From Felis catus (Eukaryota): a DNA stretch of 64,000 nucleotides. The position numbers were made by a program, and so were the translations under genes. Positions 12,565-24,597 of the stretch are shown here, piece by piece; position 1 is the stretch's first letter; each line of letters opens with the position of its first letter. Under the pieces are notes generated by a model. The model searched no databases. It was given only the letters and a program-made list of their open reading frames with translations, and had not been told where the DNA came from. The stretch lies in assembly GCF_018350175.1 (NCBI RefSeq), contig NC_058368.1, forward strand, positions 237,090,001 through 237,154,000, in the 5' to 3' direction.

Positions 12565-12800
12565 CTTTCTGCCCCTTGCCCTCCCCGTCCCTCTCTCCTC
12601 CCCTCCCTCTCCCCCTCTCTTTCTCCTCCCCTCCCCCTCACTTTTCCATCTCTCCCTCCCCTCCCTCTCCCCTTCCCTCTCTCTCCCCTCCCCCTCCCTC
12701 TCCTCCCTTCCCTCACTCCCCTCCCCCTTCCCTCCCTCTCCCCATCCCTCTCTCTTTCCCTCCCTCTCCCCTCCCTTCCTGCCTCTGTCTGCCCCCTACC
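12565..12800. repeat. Polypyrimidine (C/T-rich) low-complexity tract
   Basis: More than 200 bp of almost pure C/T, such as ccctccctct. Confidence 0.92.
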
Positions 12801-15471
12801 TCAAGTCTCTCCTGTCTTACAGGTTTTTTTGCACAATACCTTACTTTTTGGTTTTAGTTTTGTTTTCTCTAATCTTCCTTTCAGCGACGAATATAGCATT
12901 TATCTTCAAAAACTTCGCAAGTTCAGAGAAAACTCACTCCCTCACAGGCCCCTCCCTGAAGGCTTCATCCTCTCCAGCACCCGGTGCGCCTGCCTGCCCC
13001 CACCCCTACGCTCAGTGCCCACCAGCAGCCCGGCCCACAGCCACCCAGCGGGACCAGCCATCCTGTCCCCTGCCGGTCCAGCCTGGCACCCCCTTCACCC
13101 TCTTAGAGCCTGGCGCACGAGCCCCCAGTACCTTCCGGTTTGCAGTGTCTGCCCTGGGTCCCCGCTGCGGGGCCGGGAATGCCGTGAGATCAGGGCCCCT
13201 CTGGGAGGGATCGTGGGGCGGGGGCAGCCAGTGGGGAGCAACGCCCCAAGTCAGGACCTGGTCTCCTCCCCGCCGCAGGAACCTGGCACCCCCGACAACC
13301 CCAGCTTCCTAAACGCGGGGACACAAAGGCCCAGAGCCCAGGAGCAGGGTCCCCAGCACCTCCACACCTCCGACCTTGAGAGACCCTCAGGCCACAGCCC
13401 CACTGATCCGCTCAGGCCCAACCACCTGCAGAGCCAGGGAATACCCACAGCGGGCTCCGCAGGCCTCGGGGGCAGGGAGAGAAGGAGCCCCCTGTACCCC
13501 AGGCTGCTCCCAGCCCGCGGCAGGGCACAGTGGGGACGCAGAGGCGGCCCTGGGAGACTGGCCGACGGCCTCCACGAGCCCTAGACCTGATGGCAGTCTG
13601 GGATGTGACCGCCAAACTTCCCTTCTTCCTCTCCCCTCGTTTGGGGTCAGACTTACTTCTCAGTCCCATGGCTCGTCCCCCTGTCCCTGCACCCTGCCCT
13701 AGTCACGTTTCCAGTTGTGTTTCCTCCAGTAAGCTCCCAGCACAGCTCCTCCCCTGCGGTGTCTGCTCTCAGAAGACCGCATCCGCGCACTGCCGCGAGC
13801 CGGGGGAGCCAGACCTCGGAGGCTTGGACAAGGCGCTTTGAGAGGCGCTCTCTCTCCTGTCTGGGGCCCACGCTAGCAACCCTGGGAGCGAGAGAATACT
13901 TTCCAGGCGTGATCTGACCAAGATCTCGGTGTAGCTTAGGTGGGTCATTTCGGATCTCACGGTTCACGTCCCTGAGCGGATATAACAAGTTCTCGGAGTT
14001 CGTCAGGTTTTGCGTTTTTGAACTCTTTGGCCACATTTGTTCTGAATTATGAGCCGTCTCTGGTTAAGCAAACAAACCAAGCTGTAGCGTGGCACCTACG
14101 GAAGCTCCAGGCGTAAGCGACCCGTGCGTTCCCACTGCTCCTGCGTTTCAGCCACATCCCTGTTGGCGTGGCCGGGAAGTTACACAGCCGGACCCTGGAG
14201 CGCCCCTCCCAGGCAGGAAATGCAGGAACGAGGTGACCTGGCCCCGTGTGCCCCCTGTGGCTGGGAGGGGTTTCCCGGGCGCCGGGTGCCCGCACACACG
14301 CCTTCGTCTCCCGGGACGTGTTGGAGTAGCAGGGACCCTGCTGAGCAAGGGAATGACCGCTAGCTTCCAAGCAGCCCGAGAAACAGACGGTCCCCAAGAA
14401 CCCAGTGAAGAGAGAAGGGACCAGAAGGCGTGAGGCTGGGCCACAGGTGCTGGGCTATGCTCACCTGCAAGGGCCGGACCGGAGAGGGGACGGGGCGGGA
14501 GCAGAAACCCCACGATGCACCAAAGCCAGAAGGAACTCTCTCTCTTCCATCTAGAAGAAGGTTTCTGGAGCCCTGCGAAGGTGAAGGCCAGCTGAGCAGT
14601 GGGCAGGGAGGCAGGTGAGGCCAGGGAAAGAGGGTCCCCCTCCGAGGCCAGCCGCCCCCACCCCGCTGGCCTGGGGCCGAGCTACGAGAGCCACGGTTGC
14701 TGCTTCACCCAGCCGACGGGCCACAGCCTTGTCAGAGCAGGTGGCCCCAGGTCGCCGAACAAGCCGCTGCCCTGCCCCCTTCCCGGGAAGAATGAGCCCT
14801 GTGTCTGCAGAACGGGCAGGCCGGTCTCTCTACGGGGAAGGTAGCCAGCTCAGGATGTGTCTCACCTAGGGGCAGAAAGGTCAGGTTCGACCCTCAGGGA
14901 CCGAGAACGCCAGCAAATGGGACCACCAAGCTCCTTCCTCAGTCTCTGCTTTCTGCCCTCTGCCTTCTGCCCGCTAACTCGGCTGCGATCCTGCGCAAGG
15001 ACTCCTCATATCATTCTTGCGCTGGCCAGGCGATTTCATGCACGCTTGAGCTAGAACAGGGGAAGCTAAACTCTTCATGACCCAAGTATGCATAGCCTCG
15101 CTGGGGACATAGGCACGAATAGGAACCCAGGATACAGCATTTGTGGAGACTTTAAATGTCCGTCGAACATTTGATAAGCTAACAGGAACTTCTTCCCTGT
15201 AATTCCTGGTGGAAGGTGCTGAATACCAAGCTGATCATTTTATTTCATGAGTCTCTGTTGGACTGGGAGAGCCGCACAAGCCACGGCACGTGGGGTGTCT
15301 GGACAGGAGACGGAACGGATGGAACGGTGCCCAGCGAGTGGTGGGCAGAACCTGAACCCACTCTGTGCAGCCAGCCCCGAATGCACCGCTACTCCCCCCC
15401 CACGAGGTTCAGGACCCATTTATATCCATGCTTAGTGTAGTTTTATTACTTTATTTTTAAAGGGACTGGTT

Positions 15472-15502
15472 GATATATATATATATATATTTTTTTTTTT
15501 TT
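15472..15502. repeat. (AT)n followed by poly-T
   Basis: atatatatatatatatatttttttttttttt. Confidence 0.9.
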
Positions 15503-16029
15503 AAAGCAATTGGACAAAAAAGACATTCTGGGCGGTTTTTGCCAGCTCCAAACTCTACGGAGCTCAACACTGTAGTCTTTCCCGACGAGGCCCTAGGCCC
15601 CTGCTGGATTCGGGGTCCGTGTGAGCAGGTCTGATTACAACCCCTGATGGAGAGACGGCCGCGGAAGCACCCCCAGAAAGGTCATAAATCTGACCCTCTG
15701 CTGCAGCCTCAGCAGAAAATCGGCGCTGAGAAGGCTTGAAGATGTGATTTATCCTCCCGCGAGGAGAGTGGCCCCACCTGCGTGCGCCGTTTTCCGTCCA
15801 CAAGACTCCTACTGTGTAAACAGGCGAGGCCACGGTGGTCTCGGGAGGCGTAGGGTCCACATGAAAAGTCACGGTCAAGCGGTGTATGTCACGGGGCCCC
15901 ATGGAGCTCACCTACCTGGAGAGAGCGGGAGGTTCCGAGGCTCACAAGTTGTCAGAGTGTGCTCTAGGCTCACCGTGTGTCCCTGGTTTAAATCTACGAC
16001 CTTAGGGAGCTCCCACATTGAAGTGCTAG

Positions 16030-16234
16030 GCAGACCGGGATGCCCAGTTAGGCTAGAATTTCAGACCATCAACAAGTGATTCCTTAATGGGTGTGTGTGT
16101 GTGTGTGTGTGCACGTATGTATGTATATTCCCCCAAATATCGCATGGGATATGAGTGTACTAAAAATTACTCATTATTTTTCTGAATTTGAAATCTCGCT
16201 GAGAGACCTCTCTGTTTGCCAAATCCGAGAACCT
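16030..16234. mobile_element. MER53-like palindromic hAT MITE with an internal (TG)n expansion
   Basis: ggatgcccagttaggctagaatttcaga … cccaaatatcgcatgggata … actaaaaattactcattatttttctgaatttgaaat resembles the self-complementary MER53 consensus as recalled. Confidence 0.72.
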
Positions 16235-16435
16235 GCCCTTGAGTTACTTTCCGGAACACTGACCGCCGGTCTTTTCCTCTCTGCCTGTGAGCCTGCGTCA
16301 GCCCGGCTGTTACCCTAACATGCTGTCCTCCCACACTTTGCACACCAACTGGCCCAAAGCAGAATATCGACACATTTTATGACACTGGAAAGTGCCCGGC
16401 CCTCTAAAAGATGCCTTTCCATGTTTTCTGGAGGG

Positions 16436-16833
16436 TGTGTTGGTTTATTGGGGTCATAACAAGTGTCTTGGGCTGGGTGGCCTCGAAGGCAGACGTGTAT
16501 TGCCTCCTGGTTCTGGAGGCCAGAAGGTCAAGGTCAAGGTGTCGGCAGGGCTGGCTCCTGAGGCCGTGAGGGAGGGTCTGCTGCAGACCCTGTCCAACTT
16601 CCGCTGGTTTACTGACAATGCTTGACATTCCTTGGCTTTCCAAAGCATCATGCCCCCTCTCCTCCATGTTACCACGGCCTTCTCGCCGTGAGCAATTCTG
16701 TGTCCAGATTTCTCCCTTTTATAAGGACACCAGTCATCACATCTGCGGCGACCCTGTTCCCAAATTAAGTCACATTCTAAGGTACTCGGGGTTTTACATA
16801 CGAGTATTTGTAAGACACAGTTCAACTCATGAC
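16436..16833 (-). mobile_element. MaLR solo LTR (MLT1B/C-like)
   Basis: gttctggaggccagaagg…tcaaggtgtcggcagggctgg…ttttataaggacaccagtcat…ttcccaaattaagtcacattctaaggtact. Confidence 0.85.
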
Positions 16834-18120
16834 AGTGTGTTGGTTACCCTTCTTTGGGCGATAACGACGGCCCTCTAATTTTCTCAGCATTTCCTTTCCA
16901 GACTCAGACTCAAGAAAGTGGGTATTTTGCTCAAGTTGAACTTGGTGTGAAACAATGTTTAAAAACGAAGGTGTTCTGCGTAATGAGAGCATACGCTTCA
17001 CTGCTTTGCCCGCCGCTAAGCCTCTCCACTTCCTCCTGGTTGTTCGTGGAGGTCGTGGGGGCTCCTGGAAATGTGTGGAGGGAGGAAGGGGGCTGCGAGG
17101 CAGGCGGGGGACCCTCCCCTCCCCTCAGAAGGGGTTTGCCGCCGTGGCCTTGCTTGAGACCATCTCTCACACACCTGCTGCCCACATCAAGTGAGTCTAG
17201 GAAGAAGCGATCAACGCCTCGGCCAGTCTATTATCCCTGACGGACAGCTCCATCCAGTGTGTGACACAAGGTGACACATTTAAAAATTGTGTGCCTTGAA
17301 GACGATCCGTTGCCAAGAAATGATAGCACAGAAGAGAAGGAAGCTCCCTGAGGCCGACGGGCCCCTCTCATCCCACCTCCTTCTCCAAATGAAGTCTGCA
17401 ATCGGGTGGGAACGGAGGGCAACCGAACAAGAAGAGAGAAGCCAGTCCTGATTTCCCACACTTTTCAGGCCATGTGACAACGCAGCCCATCAGCGCAGGG
17501 ATGGGAGCCCGTCCCCGGGGAACACCCCGCCTGCACATCCGCCTTCTCCCGGCCGAGCCCCACCTGCCGGCCAGGGAGACCCCACTCTGGAGCGCAGTGC
17601 ACCTACAGGAAACGGCACTGTCCTTGTCGTGGAAAACGCTTGCGCCGATATTTGTGGGTTTCCTTTACAAAAAGGCGAGCCGCCGCGAGAAGACCGTGAC
17701 ACGGGGGCTTTGGTCCTGAGATGTGTGTTCTTCCCTTTCATTCAGCGGGTGGAGTCAGTCGGCACCACAGGGGCTGGTCTGAGGGGCCTCCTCGCTGGCG
17801 GGACGGTGCGCCCTCTCTTCTCCGTCCGCACGCAGGAGCCTCTGTGCGGTTCCTCTGAGCTGCCCGTCTCCTCGTCATGTGTTTCTGAAGCTCCGGGAAG
17901 GAGCTGGGGAGAATCCGAGCCACGAGGATGGGGGTGCCCGCTGCAGAAAAACACCAGCTGGAGGCTGCAAGGATTCTTGTGGGAGATGGGACCCCAGGAG
18001 CCCCAGTCCGGGAGGCTGTGGGGCGTGAGGCTGGGTGGTGAGGAGGCTGGTGCGGGGGTGCTAACGAGCAGGCTGTCCTTGAGAGCCACTCGGGCGCGGA
18101 GAAACAGCATGCTGTCTCGT

Positions 18121-18517
18121 TGCTGTGGGTTAAATCATGTCCCCCCCAGAATAAGTCCCACCCCCGGAGTAAACTGTGCACGTGACTTCATTGGAAATAG
18201 GGTCTTTGCAGATATAATTAGCTAATGTGACATCATGCTGGAGTGGGTGGCCTGAATCCGTTGTCACTGATGTCCCTATAAGAAGAGGAGGGACACAGAA
18301 ACCCAGGAGAGAGAGAGGCAGGGCTTGGAGGGAGGTGGCCACAAGCTAAGGACCGCCAGCAGCCCCAAAGCTCGGCTAGGCGAGCGAGGATCCCCCCAGC
18401 CCCGCGGAGACCCCGGATTCTGACTCCTGCCTCCAAGACCGTTGAAGGAGTGGCTCCTCTTGCCTTAAGGCCCTCGTTGTGTGGCACCTCGTATGGCAGC
18501 CACAGGGAGCAGACACA
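18121..18517 (+). mobile_element. MaLR solo LTR (MLT1B/C-like)
   Basis: tgctgtgggttaaatcatgtcccc…ttggaaatagggtctttgcagatataattag…gtccctataagaagagg…atggcagccacagggagcagacaca, with TG…CA ends. Confidence 0.88.
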
Positions 18518-18800
18518 CTGAGTCCTATGTGTCCTCGAGTCAGGGCGGTGTCGGGGCGCACCCAGAGAGCCTTTCCAGGCCGGGAGGAGCCCCCAGGACA
18601 GGCCGGCAGGGGCGCCTCTTGGGAGCTGTGGTGCAGGCGTGCCCCGGAGCTCCCCATCAGACCACATCAGAGACAAGACCCCCGTCCCGCTGATGTCTAG
18701 CCGTCCCACTGGCCCTGTCCTCACATGTGTGTGACGGGTCGATGCTCACAGACCCGCCCGAGTGACCCTCTGCGGCCATATTCTGTTCCCCGGAACCAGC

Positions 18801-18872
18801 TCATTCGTTCATTTATTCAGTCATTCAGTGAGTCTTAAATGGGTGCCTTCCATGCTGCTCGCCCTGTGTTGG
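18801..18872 (-). mobile_element. L2 LINE 3' end relic
   Basis: tcattcgttcatttattcagtcattc…gggtgccttccatgctgc…ctgtgttgggg resembles the reversed L2 3' terminus. Confidence 0.5.
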
Positions 18873-19107
18873 GGGAGGGGGGTGTTCAGTGACCCACCGG
18901 CCAGCATGAACCCTACGCCTCGGAACATGGACTTCAAGAGAAAGTCTCTTTTCCTCCAAAACTCAAGCATCCTCCAAGAACAAGGGAAGTCGGGGCCTTA
19001 AGTCCTCTTCCTTCAGACCTGCTGCACTTGGCCAGAGTTGACATGGAGCCCTTTCCTCAGCCCAGAGCTTACAGGAGGAGGCCAGGCTGAGAGGCTGACA
19101 AAGGGGC

Positions 19108-19144
19108 ACGTGTGTGTGTGTGTGTGTGTGCACGCACGTGCACA
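19108..19144. repeat. (TG)n microsatellite with alternating purine-pyrimidine flanks
   Basis: cacgtgtgtgtgtgtgtgtgtgtgcacgcacgtgcaca. Confidence 0.9.
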
Positions 19145-19334
19145 AGTGCGCTGCACCCACGAGCCACCGGAAGCCACAGTCACACTGGCCGCCCGCCAGG
19201 GGGCCCGCCTCATCCCTGGGGGGTGAGGCACAGGACCCGCCCCCTCCAGACATCCCCGCTTAGCTCTTGGGGGGCCGTGCCCACCCCTGGTTTACGGTGG
19301 GACTCCGGGAAAACCACTCTGCCTGTCTGATACT

Positions 19335-19450
19335 CCGGACCCGGGTTTCCCTGTGAAGTCAGACTAATAATTCTGCTCTTAACGTAGAGGTCTCGAGTGG
19401 CCTAAATGAATAGCACATGTATACGAGGATTTATAAACACTAACAGGTTG
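19335..19450 (+). mobile_element. MIR relic
   Basis: gggtttccctgtgaagtcagactaataat…ctaaatgaatagcacatgta weakly resembles the MIR core. Confidence 0.4.
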
Positions 19451-19550
19451 TGAATCTTCATTTGTATTAAATTGCGATAATTATTATTTTTCCATTTTTT
19501 TTCTTTACCATCATCCTCTGAGAGCTAAGTAAATATTCTAGCAAGTCTCA

Positions 19551-19737
19551 GGGGCAGCTGGGCGGCTCAGTCAGTTAAGTCCGACTGCAGCTCAGGTCAC
19601 GAGCTCGCGGCTCGTGAGTTCAAGCCCCACATCGAGCTCCGCGCTGACAGCTCGGAACCTGGAGCCTGCTTCAGATTCTGTGTCTCCCTCTCTGTCTTCC
19701 CCTCTCCCCCTCAAAAATACACACACGTTAAAAGAAT
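19551..19737 (+). mobile_element. CAN-SINE (feliform type)
   Basis: GGGGCAGCTGGGCGGCTCAGTCAGTTAAG head; gctgacagctcggaacctggagcctgcttcagattc body. Confidence 0.92.
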
Positions 19738-19975
19738 TTATGGCAAGCATGAGCTCACAGAAAGCATGCTGCCCGTCTCGACGGCTGAGGCCTGCCTCTC
19801 CTGCATTTTCCCTCTGGCACTTTGACCACAAAGGAAAGACAGGCCTAGCCTTGCTTCTCAAAACTAGCGGGGTCTGATGCCTGCCGCCAAATCCGCGGCC
19901 GTCCGGGGTTCAGCTACCCCTCCGAAGCGGTTTCAGACCCCGGCCCCCCTGCACCGGGTATCCTGCGGTCTTCCC

Positions 19976-20013
19976 GGGCAGGGGCAGGGGCAGGGGCAGG
20001 GGCAGGGGCAGGG
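19976..20013 (+). repeat. (GGGGCA)n hexamer repeat, G-quadruplex-capable
   Basis: gggcaggggcaggggcaggggcaggggcaggggcaggg. Confidence 0.92.
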
Positions 20014-22149
20014 TGCCAGCACACCCTTGTCGAGCAAACGTCCTTGACTAGCTGCTGGTGACTGAGGTAAACAAGGTCCCTGAAAGCACACAGTCCAGCA
20101 GGGACCCTCGGGGAGGGGGGTGCCCGGCCGCAGGGACAGGAGCCTCTCCCAAGGACGCCCTCTGATGCCCGGCAGGCAGAGAGCCGAACGGTGACGTCTG
20201 AGCAGCGTGCCCTCCGTCAGGGCGACTGGGCGGGCAGTGCGTGCTGGCGACGGCTTATCCGTGTTAACATAAACCCTCATTAGAGGGGATTAGGAGAGAA
20301 ACAGTGACAAACAGGATGGACACTAACCCTCGGAGGGTCCCAGACAGACACCACACACTAATTATCCTTTCAAATGACTCGAAGATGCCGAGCATGAGCA
20401 TCGGTGTCTGTGCCCGGGATGCACGGGGGATTGTGTTTTACATACGACACCTGTTTGTATTTTGCAACAGTTTTACGTGTGCCCCCCCTCCCGGCCCCAG
20501 GCACACGCACCCACCCGCACATGCACGGAGCGCCCCCCGGCCCACAAGCAGGCTCACTGAGGGCGGTGGAGGGAGGCCGGGCCTCCCTCTTCGCCGAGCC
20601 CCGTGCAGGGGCGTCGGGGACAGTCTGGGGACCGCTGCTCCGGGCCAGATGGGGATGGGACTCCACTCAGGCTCTGTGTGTAGGGGAAATGCATTTCCCA
20701 GAGCACAGCAGGCGTTTCGACCTCCTTAAAGCCATGTTGGCAAAGCCGCGGTGCCCCAACGTGTAAATGGGGGCGTGTGTCAGCCTCACAGTTGGCTCGA
20801 AGCCGTTCCCTCCTCCTCACCACCGCCACCGCCACCCTGGCCGCCTGGACACTCCCCCTCAGCCAGGGCCCCCCTCTGGGGCCTTGTCTGGCAGGTTCAG
20901 GGTGTGGCCCGGCATTTGTGTTCTTAAGTGTCCTGGTGGGTGACCGTCCCACAGGGAATCTGAGAAGGTCACCTCCACCCCACCGCTGCTCCCATCTGTT
21001 CCCGAGGGCGCCCAGGACAGGGGCGCGTGGCTCTGGTCTCAGGTCAGACACCCAAACAGCCTAGAGCAAACACAGATGGCCAGGCTCCGTACGGGTCCCT
21101 GGGGCCATGCTGTGATGCAGGGCAGTGTATTTGCAGGAGAGAATTGACGTGGATCATTCGATAAATACCTTTGGTACTTGGCTCATTCACGGATGGTCTT
21201 CACACAGCGTTGAAAAAATTTTCAGCTATACTCAACTGCATTTGATGAAGGGATTATATTCCATAGCGGTTTTTGCAAATTTGGAAATTCACAAAGGTCT
21301 TAGAACATACCTGTCATGAATGCAGAGAGCGCTGCATCTGAGCGGCTATTGTCTGAGGACAGAACCAAATTGAAAACGGAGGTGATATTACAAATCGTCA
21401 AATGGTATGATTATAAATGAAACAGAAAGAGCTTCTGGAGGGTACTAATTACGAGGCACGGCGACAGAGAAGCTGCAGATTCCATTTAACTGGAATGTGC
21501 GGAAGGACCGGGAGGCTGAGTCTCGGCTTGCCCCCGGCTGAAGGCGTCCCTGTGCATCTCGGCGAGGACGTCGATCCTGCGGCTGGAAAACCGAGCAGGG
21601 CCGTGACACGTGTGGGGAGCCACCACTCCCGTTACCAGCACAGCACCTTCTCCAAGGTCACAAGTGCTGGGTGACATCAGAGAAGGGTTTCACAGGTGTC
21701 ACAGTGTGGGCAGTGTGAGTAAAGGCAGCTTCAGCGGTGACCAGAGGGGGCGAGGAACGTCCCAGGAGCACAGACGTGCACGGCGACGGGCAAGAGAAAG
21801 ACATGAATACCCCCCTCCCGGAGTGCCCGGGCAAGCTGGCCCTCCACAGTCGGCGCCGCTGTCCCCGTGGCACCCGCAGAGCCCCAGCCCCGCAGCCTCT
21901 GCTCTGGAGCCCCCTCCTGCACCAGCGCCCAAACCCCAGCGCCAACCACGCTGCCTCCTCCCCCGGCGTGGCTCCCCCAGCGCGACACGGCGGCTCCTCC
22001 CCCAGACCTGTGAAAACACTTCGTGTCTTTGAGCTGTCGATTGCACACTTGGGTGGCTTTTCAGCGTCATCGTATGGGGTATAATTTTCGCCCTAGGAAG
22101 TGGAAAACGCTCCTTCGCACGATCAAAGGGTAGTTCCCTCGTTCTCAGG

Positions 22150-22810
22150 CCTCCATTAGGCTACCCATTAAAAATGAATGCTGCTAATAATTTCATTTAT
22201 ATGCATTAGTATTTTGGGGAAAAAAATACCTTCACTGAATTTGCCTTGAAACTCAGAATGCTCTCAGGAAGTACCATGACGAGTCCTAATATCATGGCAT
22301 TTCCCTGATTTATCTTTCTCTCTCGATGGTAATAAGTCACTATCGTAGGACAGAAGCATTGCCTTAGGGAAAGTACACTTTTTTTTTTTTCTAAGTTGAG
22401 CTCATCTGTTTCTTTTAGTTTCAAGTTTAAACTAATGGGCATTTTTATGTCTACGTTCCGACGCGCACAGCACCGCAACGGTTGATTCTTTGCCTGAGTT
22501 ATTTATTTAATGCGGAGATAATCGAATTTAGAATTAGTTGGATGAGCGTTATTGGTTGCTACAGTTCTGGTATCGTATTTTCCTTCCTATTAAGTATATC
22601 AGAGCAGCAATGTACATAAACAAAGTGCAGGCTCCTGACGCATATATTTGCCGATGGTAATACCCACGTGCCCCCTTTTGCCAGTCCTGTGACGCCCCTA
22701 AAGGCATTGCGGGTTAACGGTGATTTAATCCCCTTATGCATGCATAATGTGACAAGCTTTGCATAAATAATAATAAATAATTGGTATGTATAAATAATTT
22801 ATCATTTATT
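22150..22810. promoter_or_regulatory. Candidate conserved non-coding element or enhancer
   Basis: Repeat-free AT-rich island; TGATTTAATCC next to the palindrome TTATGCATGCATAA (22734-22747); ATAAACA forkhead-like site. Confidence 0.45.
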
Positions 22811-23021
22811 TTTGCAGTAGAAGTCGAATTCTTAGGAATATTTTAAACAAAGGAAACTGCAAACATGACCTCAATCAGAAAGAGGGTTAGGTCCTCCTCA
22901 AACACAACTTTCAAAGCGCATGTACATTCCGCGTATGCTTGTGACTTCTTTCGGGAGAGTTTATGATGCTGCCGAAGACTGTGAGGCATGGCATGATACG
23001 TAAAAAGCCAGAAAAATAAAT

Positions 23022-23240
23022 TTTAATTATTTTTTAACGTGTATTCATTTTTGAGAGAGACGGAGACAGAGTGTGAGTGGGGGAGGGGCAGAGAGAGAGA
23101 GACACACACAGAATCCAAAACAGGCTCCGGACTCTGAGCTGTCAACACAGAGCCCGACGCGGGGCTAGAACTCACAAGCCACGAGATCATGACCTGAGCC
23201 GACGTCGGACGCTTCACCGGCTGGGTCACCCAGGCGCCCC
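23022..23240 (-). mobile_element. CAN-SINE (feliform type)
   Basis: Reverse SINE flanked by aaaaataaattttaa at 23012-23026 and 23244-23258. Confidence 0.95.
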
Positions 23241-23260
23241 TATAAAAATAAATTTTAAAT

Positions 23261-23283
23261 CAAAAATAAATAAACGTTGAAAA
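23261..23283 (+). mobile_element. Tail-only (extremely 5'-truncated) CAN-SINE
   Basis: caaaaataaataaacgttgaaaa, the SINE 3' terminus, lies between direct repeats aaaaataaattttaaat (23244-23260 and 23284-23300). Confidence 0.6.
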
Positions 23284-24597
23284 AAAAATAAATTTTAAAT
23301 CAGAGGCTCTTTTTTTCCAAAATAGGCTTAGCAACATCTATTATTTAAAATGATTATTTTGCCCTGAGAATGCGTCCAGTCTAAACCTTCACAGTTAAAC
23401 ACATTATTTGATGCGAAGATTTTACATTTAAATCAGGAAGCGGTTCAGAGCAAATTTGGTCATCTAAATCTAAGTATATGCAAAACGCTGAGGAAAAATG
23501 GCAATAGGTCGAGGACTGGTCACTTGTCAACTTGGGAGACTAGATGAAACAGATAGAAGGTTGAACTGTCGTACAGATCACAGTTACCATATGGCTAACA
23601 TTTTGCACGTCTAGATGCCTGTCTCCCCCCAGCTCCCGGTGCCCCAGTACCAGGGAGGGGAGGTCTCCCCGTGCCCCGCCCCCAGAAGGCAGAGCCCAGA
23701 GCCCCAGCACTGTGAACAGAGAACTCGGCATTTTCTCCCCGATCTAACAGACAATCTCTTTTGGCCTCCAAGTCCAAAACAGGTAAATCTGCCTTTAATT
23801 AATGAACATGCATTTTGGCCCCAGGCTCACTTGATAGATCCTGACTCCACCTGTGATTATCCTGGTGATTCTGGAAGAAGTTGTTCTGAGTGGGAATCAC
23901 GCTTCCTCATCACAAACTGGGACACTGTCTGCCTCCACTGAAATTGCGAGACATGAATGAAAGCTGCAAGCGAGCCCCGGGTCAGAGCCCCACCGGGCGC
24001 CCCGCACTGCGGCTCTTCGGACCCCGCTGCCCCACCTCCTGAAGGCGGCGTCTGTGGACCTTCCCCTGGACTTCCCTGAGTCCCACGGCCAAGCGTGGCC
24101 GTGCCCGAGATGATGAGAGAAGGTGGGCACGGGCCCGGGGCAGGCCGGGCTGGCTGACCGAGCAGGTGAAGCGTGGCGGGGGAGGGGCGGGCACAAGTGT
24201 GGGACAGGGACGTCTGAAGGGGTTGGGGGGAGCAGCAGGGGCGGCTTGCCCAGAAAAGGTTTCTGGAAACCTCTCCTCGTGCCACAGTTAAGCCCTGTGT
24301 TCCCAACACATCTCCACTGATCACCTGCAGAGAAAACACCCATGCTTGGGAGTTTCCAGAAAGGCCTAGAGAGACCCTCAAATGTGCAGCTAGATCTGCA
24401 ATTCTGATCCCTCTGGAGATGCTGAGAGGTTGAGTCACCTCCAGACCCTGAAAGCAGACAGAGGACAGGGTGAACCCAGTGTGACCACAGGGAGGCCAAC
24501 AGAGACAGGGTCTGAGTGGGGTGAGGCGGGGGAGGCGGGAGGATCACGTGAGCTCAGCGGTCACCCGCGAGAGAAATCAGCTATTGTCTCCTATGTG

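Noticed and set aside
12367..13584. 405-aa ORF
   Set aside because: Driven by the C/T tract and GC-rich sequence; low-complexity Pro/Leu/Ser peptide, non-ATG start, no recognisable domain
23731..23788. Possible 32-nt exon (ctaacag…cag|gtaaat)
   Set aside because: Weaker splice signals than the two reported candidates; not distinguishable from chance
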